Shown here in pieces: positions 39,959 through 53,975 of a DNA stretch of 64,000 bases. The notes under the pieces were generated by a model. That model made no database searches. It had not been told where the DNA came from and was given only the letters and a program-made list of their open reading frames with translations. Position 1 is the first letter of the stretch; every line of letters starts with the position of its first letter. The DNA comes from Octopus vulgaris (lineage: Eukaryota): assembly GCA_951406725.2 (NCBI GenBank), contig OX597822.1, positions 116,188,001-116,252,000 on the forward strand, written 5' to 3'. The translations under genes and the position numbers were made by a program.

Positions 39959-40852
39959 TGAAGTGGTATCAAAAGATTCCTGGAGTAGTTATGTTCAATA
40001 AAAAATAACTTATTTGCCTAAGTTTTAACATCATCTTCCTCAAAATAGTCACCAGTCCCAGCATTTCTGCCACTTTGGGAATCCAGCCTGGAAGTCATTT
40101 TCCATAAGTAAGTCAAAGACCTTCTGCAATTTGCTCTGAATTTCAACAAGGTGTTAAAATAGCAACCTTTGAGCTGCATTTTAATCTTGGGGAAGAGATG
40201 GAAGTCCACAGATGCTAAATCTGGCAAATAGGGTGGGTGTGGAAGCGATAACATGTTGTTCTTGGTGAGAAACTCATGAGTGAGGAAAGACCAGTGAGAG
40301 GGTGCATTGTTGTCATGAAGTATCTAATTCTTCACACTCCATAAATCCAGTCGCTTTCTCCGAATGTCCTCCTTTAAACGCTTCAATATGTTACACTAGA
40401 ACCCTCAATTGACTGTCGAGCCCTGGGAGACGAATTCTAAGTGCAACTACCACAGAACTAGGGGTGACGCCCATGGCAAGTCTTTGAGATTGCTCATTGT
40501 CTTCCAAAGACGTTCTTCCACTTTTGATGCACCTGTGCTACTCAAAGCATACGACCCATTGCTTTGTTGCTGTAAGTTTGCCAAAGCATGCTCAATGTCT
40601 CCAACAGACTTCCTAAGTTTCACACAAAATTTCATGCTGGCTCTTTGTTCCTGTCCATGACAAAATCGCAGACTACAAAACACACAGGATCACAAAATCA
40701 CAAAATTCACAACTTGCAAAGTAAACTCAGTAATGTCACTCGGCACACTGCCTTATGAAGGTCACTGCTAGATCTCACTGCACATGCAACTGTGTGCTGC
40801 CATCTGTTAGCATGCTGTAGAACTAGTCCCAGAAATTTTTGATACTGTCGCG
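39959..40852 (-). mobile_element. Internally deleted, inactive mariner DNA transposon
   Basis: TA flanks (39957-58, 40853-54); imperfect ~32-bp TIRs; transposase remnants EQRASMKFCVKLRKS (N-terminal HTH) and HPPYLPDLASVDFHLFPKIKMQLKG (YSPDLAPxD motif). Confidence 0.92.
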
Positions 40853-41384
40853 TATGTGTTTCTCCATGGCATTCAATCAGATACTTTGATATTCCGTGCA
40901 CTTACATATAGCAAACAACAAGCATAATTTTCCTAAAGCACTAGTACACCATTCCAACATACCAGCTCTTTTTATACTGTAAATCTATATCATGTTAGAC
41001 CATTCATTCATATATTGAATTGTGAACTAACAGAAAAATAGCTTGTTTTCCAGTTTATATTTGGTGGATACAACAAAATTTCAATTATCATTTAAATTAA
41101 CTGTCATCCAAATCTGACTCGAGATACATGACTTGTTGTTAGAGCAAACATTGATTGTGGATGGAAGTAAATTTGGATGTCTAGCTGATATTCCTTATAC
41201 TCTCTTTTACGTTTCTGTTTCACCAAAACTGTTCTTAAAATCAGGACTTTCAAGTGTTAGTCTTCTATAGGAGCACTAGAAACAATCATTTTGAATTTTG
41301 AATTTTCAGATTGTTGAGATACTTTGGCTTATCATCTCCCTACAAGAGTTGATAAAAATAAAATCAACAGTATGTACAGATACC

Positions 41385-41570
41385 ACAAAAAAAAAAGCAT
41401 CCAATACACTTTGTGATATAGTTGATAAAAGGAAGGGCATCTAGCTGCAGAAACTATTCTAAAGCAGACATTGGAGCTTGACACAGCCTTCTGGTTTGTC
41501 AGACACTGATGAACAGTCTAAGAAGCTATGCCAGCAAGAAAGACAGATGCTAAATGATGAGGCTGATGAG
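41385..41570 (+). mobile_element. Family C fragment, old
   Basis: aaaagcatccaatacact..ggaagggcatctagctgcagaaac. Confidence 0.65.
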
Positions 41571-42221
41571 AGATCAAGATTTTCAAAAGCAGTTTTCTAT
41601 TCTTCAAACTTTCATTTCTTTCTATGGGAAATGTAATTTTAGATTATTGCTTTGCTCTCCTATGGATTATTTGAATGTACAAATGGGTCATTCTGAGTCC
41701 ATAGTGCAGACAGGTCATATCACTGAGGTTTCTAACAATAAGTCCCACATACCTGTTCAGCCTAAATCTACAACTTCATGGTGTCAGATGAAAATCACCC
41801 ATGGACCATTAATATAACAACAAGTGTTTCATTTGTTACTGGTTAGTAATATTACAAGAAACATTTATGCAAATATTATTTCTAGCTTATACTAAACTGC
41901 AATTTGGAATGGTGTTCAAAAAGTTGACAATCAAAGCAGGAGTCATGCAGGGCTGTATATTAACACTAATGTTATGATAACTGATTTTTAACTAAAAAAA
42001 AGAAAAAAAAGGGCAGGTTAACAAAAAAAAAGTAATATACTATAAAATAAAAGTATTGGCAAAATGAATTCACAAATTATTTGGTTCTGCTTATTATGGG
42101 AAAAGAAACAGACATTAACCTTCCTTGCACTAACCACTTTATTCAGCCCTTCATCCCTAGAATAGATATCTCTTCCCTGCCCGTGACTTTCTTGTTGGTG
42201 TTGAACTACAACAGTTTAAAT

Positions 42222-42478
42222 CAGTGATTCTCAACCAGGGTCCACAGAGCCCTTGGGGATCCATATAAGATTTTGTGGCTAAAACTTATGTGCAATACAT
42301 TGCTTATACTTTTACAGTACACGAAATATTTTAATTTTTTCATACAATTCCTAGTAATATTTAATTATAAAAATACCGTATGACTGTTTTAAAAAATACA
42401 TTGAATGACTATGGAGGTCCAGTAAAGTAAAATAGGAATCAAAAAGAGGCATAGGCAAAAAATCGTTGAAAACCACGG
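42222..42478 (+). mobile_element. hAT (Charlie-like) MITE
   Basis: TIRs cagtgattctcaacc / gttgaaaaccacgg; imperfect 8-bp TSD gtttaaat / gcttaaag. Confidence 0.78.
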
Positions 42479-44149
42479 GCTTAAAGGGACCATAAATAGC
42501 ATCCCACCAGTCATGGAGGGCCTGAAAGAATCATGGGCTCTACTGCATCCTCCAGACTCTGCAAGTAAAAAGTATGAAAGAAACTAGGAAAATACAAAGA
42601 AATATTTAGGAAGCAAAGATGCCAATGAGTGAGAGCTAAAATTCAAAACCAAAATCATAAGACTTGCAAATAGCTTAGTATATGCAGGAAGTGACATCAT
42701 TTGCAGTTATAGCATTACTTCAGGGCAGATCAACTAGAAAGTTAGTGAATTAATAAATGCATTTATTAGATCGAAATATATATTTTTTAATGAAAGACAT
42801 TGTGTCACATATTAAACTGGGACTATTCAGAACTCAACATTTTGTTTTACCTGAGACAGACAAACATACCTGAAAGCATTACTAAAGTTAAATATAAATG
42901 TTATATCACAATAACAAAAAGTCTTTTGTGTTCTTTTACATATCATGAAGGTATGTCATTTCATTTAGGTGGGACCATTTATAAGAATGAATGATTGTCA
43001 TATCACTAAGCACTTCAACCGCCAGAAAAAAAAGAAAATAAAAAGACACAGGTGGAAATGGAGTGGCAACCTGAAGAATGAGTTGAGTTTGCATGGTATG
43101 TAAATGCTGGGCCTAATAATACTTGCACTGGACTGAACGAGAGATTAACCAACTTATACCAGCAACAGAATATAAACTTTCGATTCTTCAGCTCAGAAGC
43201 TGATATCCATTTAGTCAAAGAATTCTTCTGAACCACAAAGTTTTAAGCCTTAGCAATCAATCATTCAATTCTCATTTTGTTCAACAACAACAAAAAGGAA
43301 AAGAAAACAAAATTTCTTTCCAGAATACTAAAAACAAAAAGTAAACGCTATGAGAAATATTTGGACACCCTACAAAAAAAATTTACATTCAATAATTATT
43401 TAAATAGAAGCACTTAATTATAATCCCACATAGGACAAGTACATAAAACTAGCTGCTATCATAGATTCTGAATTTCCCAGAGAATAGAAAAAAAAATATC
43501 TGCAACGACCCACTCATTTATAATAGCAAAGCCAGTAAGTGACTGGTGACAACTTTGCATGCAACCCCTCCCATCCCATAGACACACACCTAACTCTGTA
43601 CAACAATACTCCTCATACATTCCGAGCAACACCTATTCAATTTGACCAGCACATCTCATATTTCTTGAGAATTCACCCTGCATTGATGAATGTAAGAAAT
43701 AGCCATTCACTGACACTGAGGTAATAATTTTATGGCAGAACAAAATTAAAATTACAAAGAGCTAAATAAAAAAACAACAACACAAATTAATAACAAAAGC
43801 TATTGAGGTGGAGTAAAGAATGTATTGTACCATTACTCAACGTGGAAACACTGTAAATAAACCAATCTATTCACCAACCATTTACATAGTAAAATATTGT
43901 CTAGTAAAGAGGGAGGTAATGAAAATATGTATGATACATCTAGTTTACACAAAAGACATACCATCACAGTATTATATCATTTGAATAACACCAAGGGACT
44001 ACAAATGAAATATAGACCTACAATAGAGACTAGACGTACCAAAAATACTGTATTATTAGCTAATATTAAGTCATTATAAATATATCCCAACAAACGAGAA
44101 GGCTTTAGCACTTCATTACAAGGAGCAAACATTCCCTATTTATATGTTT

Positions 44150-44415
44150 GTTTGTTTGTTTGGGGCAGATGTAAATCCTCTCTTGTACTGCCAACTTCTC
44201 GTTAGATCTTTTTACCCGGAACTCGTTATACTGTTATCTTATTGGCTGAGCTATTAGTATCACACCCAAACCTCTACTTGGAGAATAAAGTGCTAAACTT
44301 TGTCTGGCCTATTTCTTAGAACCTGTTTGACAAGGTTTAGACTTGCTGGATATTAGAACCCCAATGGTTTAGCTTTCAGTTAAATGGAAACACAAACCTT
44401 CCCATCAATATAACT
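44150..44415 (-). mobile_element. Decayed RTE-clade 5' leader
   Basis: Minus strand gggaaggtttgtgtttcca..gaaagcta..aaacaggttctaag..ggccagacaaag..ctccaagtagaggtttgggtgtg resembles RTE/Expander-type 5' UTRs. Confidence 0.5.
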
Positions 44416-44619
44416 ATACTGGTGTCTAATAGCTGTACAAAGATCACATAAAACTAAGAATAATCTTCCCCAGTTTTAGACCAAAACATTACCACCAGAA
44501 TTGAAATTTTTTACAATTAAACTTTACATCATTAGCCAAGGGACTGTTTAAGTATATATCTCATGTATATATATTTGATTACATAAATTAATGCTGTCTG
44601 TGTGCTTATTTTAGTATTG

Positions 44620-46110
44620 TGTTGTGTTTAGATGTGATGTATTTCAGGTTTGTACAAGGAAGGTGTAGTACTTATATCTTCTTTCTAGTAAGACAACTAC
44701 AGAAGTTCTAAGCAAAAAATAAGTAACTATACCACGCCTTCATTAAGCTAGAGAAGACCTTTGACAGAGTGGGTTCCACATTCTTTGGTATGATGGCTGC
44801 TAAGAAAATTAAGTGTGGTTGAACAGCTAATGAGAACCATGCAAACCCCGTACAGAGATGTCATTAGCATACGAAGAGGTGGGCATATGGACTCGGCTTT
44901 CACTCCACCTCTTGTTTATGAAGTGTTTACTAAAGTTCCTCAGGCGACAAAAGAGAAATTTAAGAATGACTGTCCGTAGGAACATCCATATACTGAAGAT
45001 CTGGTTCTCACAGATGAATCGACAAAAGAATTGGAGAAAAAATTCCAAAAGTAGAAGCAAAGTCAGAAGCTGGAAGGTCTTAAAGAAAACCCAGCAAAGA
45101 CATATTTTTAGTTCGCAGCAAAGAAAACAAAACTCTAATGTCATCAGTGAAGTAACCCTGCTTGATGTGCAGGAAAGGAGTAGGTGAGGATTCCATAAGG
45201 TATGCCCAACGTTAACTGAGTTATCCTGTTGTACACAGAGGTGCAATGGGATAAGAGGCTGACAGAAAGACTACATATACAGGACACTGCCGGAGGAGTG
45301 GTAGCAAGAGCTCCCATGAAATGAATTATTGCTTGAGAAGAAGACCCATCAAGCCAAGTGAAATCTTAGTCATGCCAGATACTGGTGTCACACAATTGGC
45401 ACCCATCCAGGTGGCACATAGCAGCACTCATTACTAGTTTCAGTCATTAGACTGCGGCCATGCTGGGGCACTGCCTCGAATTTTTATTTTCTTGTCAAAT
45501 ATACTGACTGCAGTACTTATTGTATTAAAGTTTGGTACTTCTTCTATCAGTCTCTTTGATTGAACTGTTAAGTTACAGGGATGTAAACACACCAGCACCA
45601 GTTGTCAAGCAGTGGTGATGAGGCAAACACACACACACACACACACACACATAAACATGACAGGGTTCATTCAGCTTCCGTCTACCAAATCCACTCACAA
45701 GGCTTTGGTCAGCCCGAGGCTATAGTAGAAGACACTTGCCCAAGGTGGCATGCAATGGGACTGAACCTGGAACCATGTGGTTGAGAAGCAAGCTACTTAC
45801 CACACAGCCAGACCTGTTAGAGCACAAGAACAACAGAAGACAAATGAACTGAGAGAAAAATTGAATGGAAAAGGAAAGTGACAAGGTGTGCAGGATGGCA
45901 ATTAGGGATAGAATTTCCGAGCACTCCAAGAGAAGGAATTTAGAAAACAGGAAGACCTAAAAGTAGATGGGAACAAGTGGTGAAGTCTGATCTAAGGAGG
46001 CTGAATCTCACAAATGGGATGATAAAAGATCACAAGTGGTAAGGTACTTTGCTTGAGAAACTTGTCCAACCCATACAAACATGGAAAAAGAAATAGAGGG
46101 ATGATGATGA
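44620..46110 (+). mobile_element. Decayed RTE LINE RT fragments with nested family C piece (45320-45430) and minus-strand SINE B (45435-45810)
   Basis: FIKLEKTFDRV (DLEKAFDRV-like) and YTEDLVL (YADDL-like) RT remnants. Confidence 0.8.
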
Positions 46111-46379
46111 TGAGTGATGACCTTCCACTTTTCCCCTCATATATTGGCAGGTCACAGATCAAACAAAATAAAAACTTCACAGTAAACATGAATGCTTCAT
46201 TCAAAATGAAAAATCAAATCCTGCCTGATGCTACTGCAGTAAAATGTGAATCACATCATAAAAATAGAAAATTGACTTTTGGCTTTTTGTTTTTTAATAT
46301 ATATAATCAAATATTCTTGCATAAGATATATATTTGGTGGTTTGGAGCCCTGCATTTGGCACCAATGACGTATAAATAA

Positions 46380-47265
46380 CAACACAAAACTGGCTCTTTA
46401 CAAATCGTTTGTCTTACCATCTCTGTTGTATTCTTCTGAAACATGGATGTGTTAGGAAAGACATTTCAAATTGTTAGAACAATTCCACCCAAAATACCTT
46501 CATCGCATTTTAAATGGTGATTTTTTTTTACTGCAAACACAGATGCTTTTGCATCTGCAGACATCACTTCAATTAAAGCAATGATTCTGAAAAACCAAAT
46601 GAGATGGTTTGGCCATATTATTTGAATGGCGGATGAACGCACACCAAAACAGCTGTTTTATGGCAAGCTTACAGAGTGGAAATGCTATTAGTGTAAACCT
46701 AAAAAGTGGTTTAAGGATGGGATAAGGACTACCATGAAGTCACTTGGAATTGATCCAAAGGACATAGAAACCCTTGCTTTGATCAAGCTGGATGGCAAAC
46801 AAAAGTGTGGAGTGGAGTGAAGGCGTTTGAAGAAGCCAGGATAACGAATGCAAGACGCAAGAGATTTAAAGAAGATTGTCATGATCAAGAAGGTGAATCA
46901 CAATGACCTTTTTGTGTGTACTGTTTGTGACAGACCATGCCTTTCTTTTTCAGGGCTCAAATCTCATTTGCGAACCCATGGAAAACGAACCTCCACCAAC
47001 TATTCTGCCTATATGTCTGTGCACACCTTTCAATGCAATGTATGGCAGAAGGTCTGCAAATCTAATGGAAGCCTCAAAATACATTTTAAGATCCACAAAG
47101 ATCAGAACTTATCTGCAGGTCTTGGTGGCCCAAATCAGATATGCAAACTATGTGGGTATCTTTTCAATACATTTCTAGTTTAAAAAGCCACATCAGATGC
47201 CATGATGGATCTAAGGTGTAGGTACAAGAAGGGGTCAGACTCTTGTATAAGGAGTAGACACCCAC
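46380..47265 (+). mobile_element. RTE LINE 3' end with C-terminal C2H2 zinc-finger remnants
   Basis: MRWFGHII.MADERTPKQLFYGKL motif, then CTVCDRPCLSFSGLKSHLRTH, CNVWQKVCKSNGSLKIHFKIH and a frameshifted third finger; ends in (TG)n. Confidence 0.85.
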
Positions 47266-47339
47266 CATATGTGTGTGTGTGTGTGTGTGCATGCATGTGT
47301 GTCTGCAAGGAAGTGAGCAGCTGATTAAATTATCAATAG

Positions 47340-49150
47340 CCAGAAGAGAAACTAAACTTCAGGTATATCTCATATGAGGGAAAGGCAGAAAGAAAGTGGT
47401 TTGCACATGATCTACAATGTGAGGTGTTTTGGATTCTAGGCTGCCTGCTACAGAAAACTGATATGGGGTGGGGGTGAATGATAATGGCACCCTTGCTTTT
47501 ACTGACGCTAAAAGAAAGAATTATGGCATTTGTAGACATGGAGAAAGCTTTTCTCAGGGTTCCATGCTTTATGACCTAATAGTCTTTAAGGAAGCTAGGG
47601 ATAGGGAAATGGCTTGTGAGCGCAGTACCAACCATGTACAGAGACATTGCTTGCAAGGTGACAGCAATGAATACAAGAATGAGATTAGCATACAGGTATG
47701 CATCCACTAAGGTTCATTTCTCAGCCCCCCACTATTTCTCATAGTTTTCCAAGTCATAACAGAAGAAGCTCCTGTATGCCAATAACTTAGTTTTCGTAAC
47801 TAAATCTCTGGTAGGATTAGAGAATAAATTCCAAACCTGGAAACAAAACCTAAAATCAAGAGACCTGAGAGTAAATTTATCAAAGACAAAAGTATTTTTA
47901 GTAAAAGACAAGACAGGACTCTGAAATTGTCAGAGAAATGGCTGAGCTCAATAAGTGGAAAGCAACAGGCAGAAATTCCTCATAGTGTATCCTGTGTGAA
48001 GTATAAATGTAAGAAAGGTATAACGGACAAGCTAAAGGAGAAAGTAGACTTTGTGACCATTGCACAGGGGCAATAAGTACTAAGAGCACAGGGGAAACAA
48101 ATTCTCTCAATTGTTCAGAAGTAGCTGGTAGCTTAATTACCTAGATGACCTAATCAGTAGTGGAGATAGATTTTCCAAAACGATATTACCCAAAGTAAGA
48201 ACAAATTATGAAAAGTCCAAGGGGCTATCACTTCTGATGGTTACAAATGATTTCTTTCTCAGACTGAAAGGCAGATTGCTTGTGTACAAATGGTGATGTT
48301 GCATGGTAGTGAGACATGGACTCTGAATGCAGAAGATTTGCAAAGACTATTAATAAATGAAGCTAGCATGCTCCACTAGAACTGTAATGTTAGCATGCAT
48401 GAACAGCAGAATATAAATGAAATGAAAGGCAACACATAAGGAAGAAGACTGCTCTGGAAGAGGGCACATGATACATATGGAGGATGATGGTTGTATAAAT
48501 AGGTGCAGGGCGTTCAAGGTAGATAAAACTTTTGGGTGATGGCAGCTGTGTAAAGAAGTGCTGATCTCTGTGGAGGGAATTTGTGGGAGAGGTAGACCCA
48601 GGAAGACATGAAATGAGGTGGCGAAGAATGATCTATATATGTTGAGCCTGACAGAGGCAACATCAAGTGACTGAGACCTTTGACAATTTGTGGTGCTTGA
48701 GAAAACATGTCAAGCTAAGTGACATCATAGTCATGGCCAGTGCCAGTGACATGTAAAAAGGCACCCATGCCAGTGACACATAAAAAGGCACCCATGCCAG
48801 TGACACATAAAAAGGCACCCATGCCAGTGACACATAAAAGGTACTCATGCTTGTGACACATAAAAGGCACCCACTACACTCTGTGGAGTTGTTGGTGTTA
48901 GGAAGGGCATCAAGCTGTAAAAACCAAGCCAAAACAGACTGGAACCCAGTGCAGCTCTCCGGATTAACCCACCCACCCCCATCAAACCATCTTATCCATG
49001 TTAGTATGGAAAACAGACACAAACTGATGATGATGATGATGATGATGATGATACAGGGTGAAGTGGAGAAGATTCATCTCAGGATACTGGACCTTGGTGA
49101 GGAGATGACAAAGGATTGTGATCATTAGCGATATGCATTGCAAGAGAACA
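47340..49150 (+). mobile_element. Decayed RTE LINE (RT to 3' end) running into a family C tail with 27-bp minisatellite
   Basis: AFVDMEKAF, GSFLSPPLFLIV, LLYANNLV and LHGSETWTL remnants; unit tgccagtgacacataaaaaggcaccca at 48741, 48768, 48795, 48822. Confidence 0.85.
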
Positions 49151-51329
49151 CCTACCGACCCCGTGTTAAACAGAGAAATGAACGTTAAACGCTGGTAGTA
49201 ACAATGGAGGCAGGAAAACATTAACATTCAGTTCTCTAGCCACCTTCTCTCTATAGTTCTTTGTAGTTTTCTCACTCATCCTTGTACCATACAAAGCACA
49301 CCTGAGCACTGTTGCAAAGATATGTACTAAACATATCTTGATTTAAAGTAATAGATACAACTCATAACTGAATGTATTCAAATAGATGGAAATACATATA
49401 TTTTCACTACACTCAGACACAAACATATATTTTTTCCTCTATCTTTCTTCAAAGAGAACTTGAAAAAAATTTCCTTTTGTAAATTCAACTGCTGTGTACA
49501 GTAGCTATAACCTAATATTCTATTTATCATTCTATAAAAATTTATAAATCATCTTAACAAATATATCTGAAATTGATAAAAGTCAGGAAAGCAGAATTAA
49601 GATAATTTTTTTCCTTTTTTTTTATGTCATTGCTTGATTTTTCAACTATTAGTACAATAAAAAGAAAATATTCAAGAGAAACTGATACTAATAGACCATT
49701 TTCTATAATCCTAACATAACTAACATCACATTAAATAAAGCATAGATAGAGGATATCTAACTATAACAAGGTATTTAAAAAAAAACAGATTAAAATAAAA
49801 AAAAAACAAAACAGTAAGTATAAATCTGAAAATGAAGGAAATTTGGTAAAATTTCCATTGACAGATGAGAAATCAATGTCTATTGAGGATATATCTTGTT
49901 GACAGCTACTTTTATTTAATAGGAATAAAGACGTTGATTTTCTCTGCAAAGGCAGCCATTCAATAGGACAGCTTTACACAAAAGTAACTTATACAATATT
50001 CACCAAATATATGTCTACAGGCAAATGATGCCGTCTTTGTGTATGAAATAAAGCTTAGTAACACTCAAAATCAGAATGTGAATTAAATGAAATCCTTAGA
50101 ATCCTAGAGCATGTCTCTAAAATTCTTGATACTGTCATGAGATGTTGCTACATTGACAAGTAATGTAGATGGCAAGGCAACTACGTTTGTCAAACTCTAT
50201 CAAATCACAAGTTTTGAACACCTCACTAGCTTTAACAGGTGTGAAAGTATTTCTGCCTCTGGATGTAGACACGTAATTACCATAGAGAAGAACCACATGG
50301 CATGGTTCTCATTTCTAACAAATAGATACACCTCTGATAATCTTCTTTCTTTACAGCCATGGTGAAACTGTTCAGCTCATTAGGCAATAACCAATTGCTA
50401 CACCATACACAAACGAGTAGCAGCAGATTTCTGTGCAGTGTAATTTTATTCACAGTTGCCATCCAACCAACTCTTTTGCAAGCATTTTCACAATAATCAT
50501 ACATTTTCCAACAAACCATCATAAATAAACCAAGCTATGTTTTAATGTCTTAGAAATATTCAATCTTATTTATTTCATTATACATTTTCACTTCTGCATA
50601 CAGCAGTATGACTTACTTATAGCTTCTGATTGGCAATGACTTCCAACTTAATAACTTTGTCTTATCAAATGCCTTGATATCATACTTCAGATGATTAATC
50701 TCCCTATGTTTACATCTTCATTCAAAAGTAAGTGATGTAAATTAAAATATGATGCTAGTCTTTCAACAGAATATTATTTGTAATTATTTTGTAATTCTAA
50801 AAGTGAGTTTTCATTTTGTATTGTCTCAAGGTAAAATGTTTTAGTTACATGTATGTATATGTAGGCAATCATCTCTCAGTGAGGCAGAACACACACACAC
50901 ACACATGCATGCACACACGTACATACATGCATGCACACATGTATGCATGTACATAAACACACACGCACACACACACACACACACACATAAGAGTAAGCAG
51001 TGAACAGCAAGTCAGCCTGCTGCTGCACACAGCAGCGTGTGTGTGTGTGTGTGTATGTGTGCTTGTCCATGTATCTGATAACACACGCCACACAGAGAGG
51101 AAGGGAGAGGCTGCTGCCGCTTTCTGCTTTCCACAATGACTACTCCTTCAACTTAGGTGGCTATAAATATATTGTGTTCCTTTTTCAAAATATCTGAAAA
51201 ACTTCCTGAAAACATTGCTCAAACAAAACAGCGAAGTCAGTCCAAACTTGTTCACAGAGAATCAAGACATTAAAACCAATTCACCGACTTTCCAGCAATC
51301 TAAATTTGAAATATGTGAAACACTCAAAC

Positions 51330-52535
51330 ATGGCACAGCTGTGTGGTAAGTAGCTTGCCTCCCAGCCACATGGTTCCAGGTTCAGTCCCACTGTGTGGCA
51401 CATTGGGCAAGTGTCTTCTACTATAGCCTCAAGTCAACCAAAGCCTTGTGAGTGGATTTGGTTGGCAGAAACTGAAAGAAGACTGTGTGTGAGTGTGCGT
51501 GTGTGTGTGTGCGTGTGTGTGTGTGTGCGTGTGTGTCCGTGTGTGTGTGTGTGTGCGTGTGTGTGTGTCTGTCCTCCACCACCACTTGATAACCAGATCA
51601 GCAAAAGAGACTGATAAAATAAGAACCAGGCTTTAAAAAGAAAAAAAAAAACACAAATAAGTACTGGAGTCAATTAGTTTGACTAAAAATTCCTCAAGGC
51701 AGTGCCCCAGCATGACCACAGTCTAATGAGTGAAACAAGTAAAAGATGGGAGAGAGCTCATATGGAATCCTCATACTCCATCAACCAAGTAAGATTCGAG
51801 AAACCCAAAGACTGGATGCCTAGTGTAAGCATTGCTGATCTCATGAGCAAAGATCTATACTCAGCTATTGGCCTCTCCAGTTGTTGTAAAGTAAAGCAGA
51901 TTGAACATTTAAATCTGTAAATCAGTGAAACAGGTATCTTCATCCTATGAATGGTCAACATTTGAAAAAGCATCCAGGTTAAAATACTTTCCACATCAAC
52001 GAATGAAACATCTGACTTTGAAAAATAAATATTCAACACAAAAAAAAAAGAAAAAGAAACACCTAACATGAAAGAGCTCAAAGCGAATGACTCATAAAGT
52101 AATTCTTGATAAGGTAACACTTGGGAAAATGTCTATGTCTTGTGTCTTCTATATTTTATATATTTCAGTTATAATGACTGTGGCCATGTTGGGGCACCGC
52201 CTTGAAGAATTTCTAGTCAAATGAATCTCCCCCAGTACTCATTTCTTTTTTAAAGTCTGGTGCTTATTCTGTTGGTTTCTTTTGGCGAACCACTAAATTA
52301 TGGGATGTAAACACACCAACACTGGTTGTCAAGCAGTGAGGAAAGACAAACACAGACACAAAGCTACACACACACACACATATATATATGAGTTTCCATC
52401 TACCAAGTCCATTCACAAGGCTTTGGTTGGCCTGACACTATAGTAGATGACACTTGCTCAAGGTGCCATGCAGTGGGACTGAACCTGGAACCATGTGGTT
52501 GGGAAACAAACTTCTTACCACACAGCCCACCTGCA
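51330..52535. mobile_element. Two family-B SINEs in inverted orientation (51330-51745 +; 52160-52535 -)
   Basis: Both carry head and tail motifs; ~415-bp spacer. Confidence 0.85.
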
Positions 52536-52951
52536 CATATTGCAGAAAATAAAAAAATCATGTGTTGGTATTCAATAGAAATGATTAAATGCAGCTGAAA
52601 GTAGATTTGCAGTCTTATTCTAATCTTAAAGGCAGAGTTCAAACTTTATATTTTCCTTTTAATACCACAAAATTTAAGAGTAGGAAACTGTAAAAGTAAG
52701 TAACAAGCACCGTAAAGTAAAAATAAGTGAAATATACTGTATAAAATATGTGCCCAACACACTTAATAAGAACCATATAAAAGTTATTTTGTTGCTGTTA
52801 TTATTATTAAATCGTGACCAGGTCAACTTAGCTTTTTGTCCCTAAGGAGTCAATAAAGCAAAGCACTCGTCAAGTGCTGAGTTGATTTAATTAACTAATC
52901 CCATCACCAACATTTCATACCTTGGCATTATATTAGAAACAATTATTATTA

Positions 52952-53342
52952 GGGCGGCGAGCTGGCAGAATCGTTAGCACGCCGGGCGAAATGCTTAGCC
53001 GTATTTCGTCTGCGGCTACGTTCTGAGTTCAAATTCCGCCGAGGTCGACTTTGCCTTTCGTCCTTTTGGGGTCGATTAAATAAGTACCAGTTACGCACTG
53101 GGGTCAATATAATCGCCTTAATCCGTTTGTCTGTCCTTGTTTGTCCTCTCTGTGTTTAGCCCCTTGTGGGTAGTAAAGAAATAGGCATTTTGTCTGCCGT
53201 TACGTTCTGAGTTCAAATTCCGCCGAGTTAGACTTTGCCTTTCATCCTTTCGAGGTCGATAAATTAAGTAATCGACTTAATCCCTTTGTCTGTCCTTGTT
53301 TGTCCCCTATATGTTTAGCCCCTTGTAGGCAATAAGGAAATA
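52952..53342 (+). mobile_element. Young family-A SINE with internal 3' duplication and 17-bp TSD
   Basis: TSD agaaacaattattatta at 52935-52951 and 53343-53359; CpGs retained; body repeats from ~53185. Confidence 0.92.
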
Positions 53343-53374
53343 AGAAACAATTATTATTATCATTATTACTATTT

Positions 53375-53895
53375 AAGGTGGTGAGCTGGCAGAATCACTA
53401 GCACATTGGATGAACTACTTAGCAGTATTCTAAGTTCAAATTCTTTCGAGGTCACCTTAGTCTGTCATCCTTTCAGGGTCTATAAAAGAAATCCCAGTTG
53501 AACACAGGGATCAACGTAATCAACTCATCCCTTCCCCAAAAGTTGCTGCCCTTGTTTAAAAATTTGAAATCGTTATCATTATTATTATCATTATTATTAT
53601 TATCATTAGCGTGGCCGTCTGCCAGCCTCATATGGCACCTGTGTCGGTGGCACATAAAAAACACCATCCGAGCGTGGCCGTCTGCCAGCCTCGTCTGGCA
53701 CCTGTGTCGGTGGCACATAAAATCACCCACTACACTCTCGGAGTGGTTGGCGTTAGGAAGGGCATCCAGCTGTAGAAACACTGCCACATCTGACTGGCCT
53801 GGTGCAGCCTTCGGGCTTCCCAGACCCCAGTTGAACCGTCCAACCCATGCTAGCATGGAAAGCGGACGTTAAACGATGATGATGATGATGATGAT
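53375..53895 (+). mobile_element. SINE family A (53375-53570) and family C (53608-53895)
   Basis: Family motifs; ~63-bp internal tandem repeat in the C copy. Confidence 0.85.
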
Positions 53896-53921
53896 TATTA
53901 TTATTATCATTATTATTATTA

Positions 53922-53975
<54 letters not shown>

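Noticed and set aside
45325-45342. miR-137-like tattgcttgagaa
   Set aside because: Match stops after 13 nt, lies in an RTE 3' end, no hairpin.
46848-47183. Host C2H2 zinc-finger gene
   Set aside because: Contiguous with decayed RTE ORF2 and frameshifted; treated as TE.
50359-50496. Short ORF with good Kozak context after an acceptor-like tract
   Set aside because: 45 codons, no homology recognised, no supporting exons.
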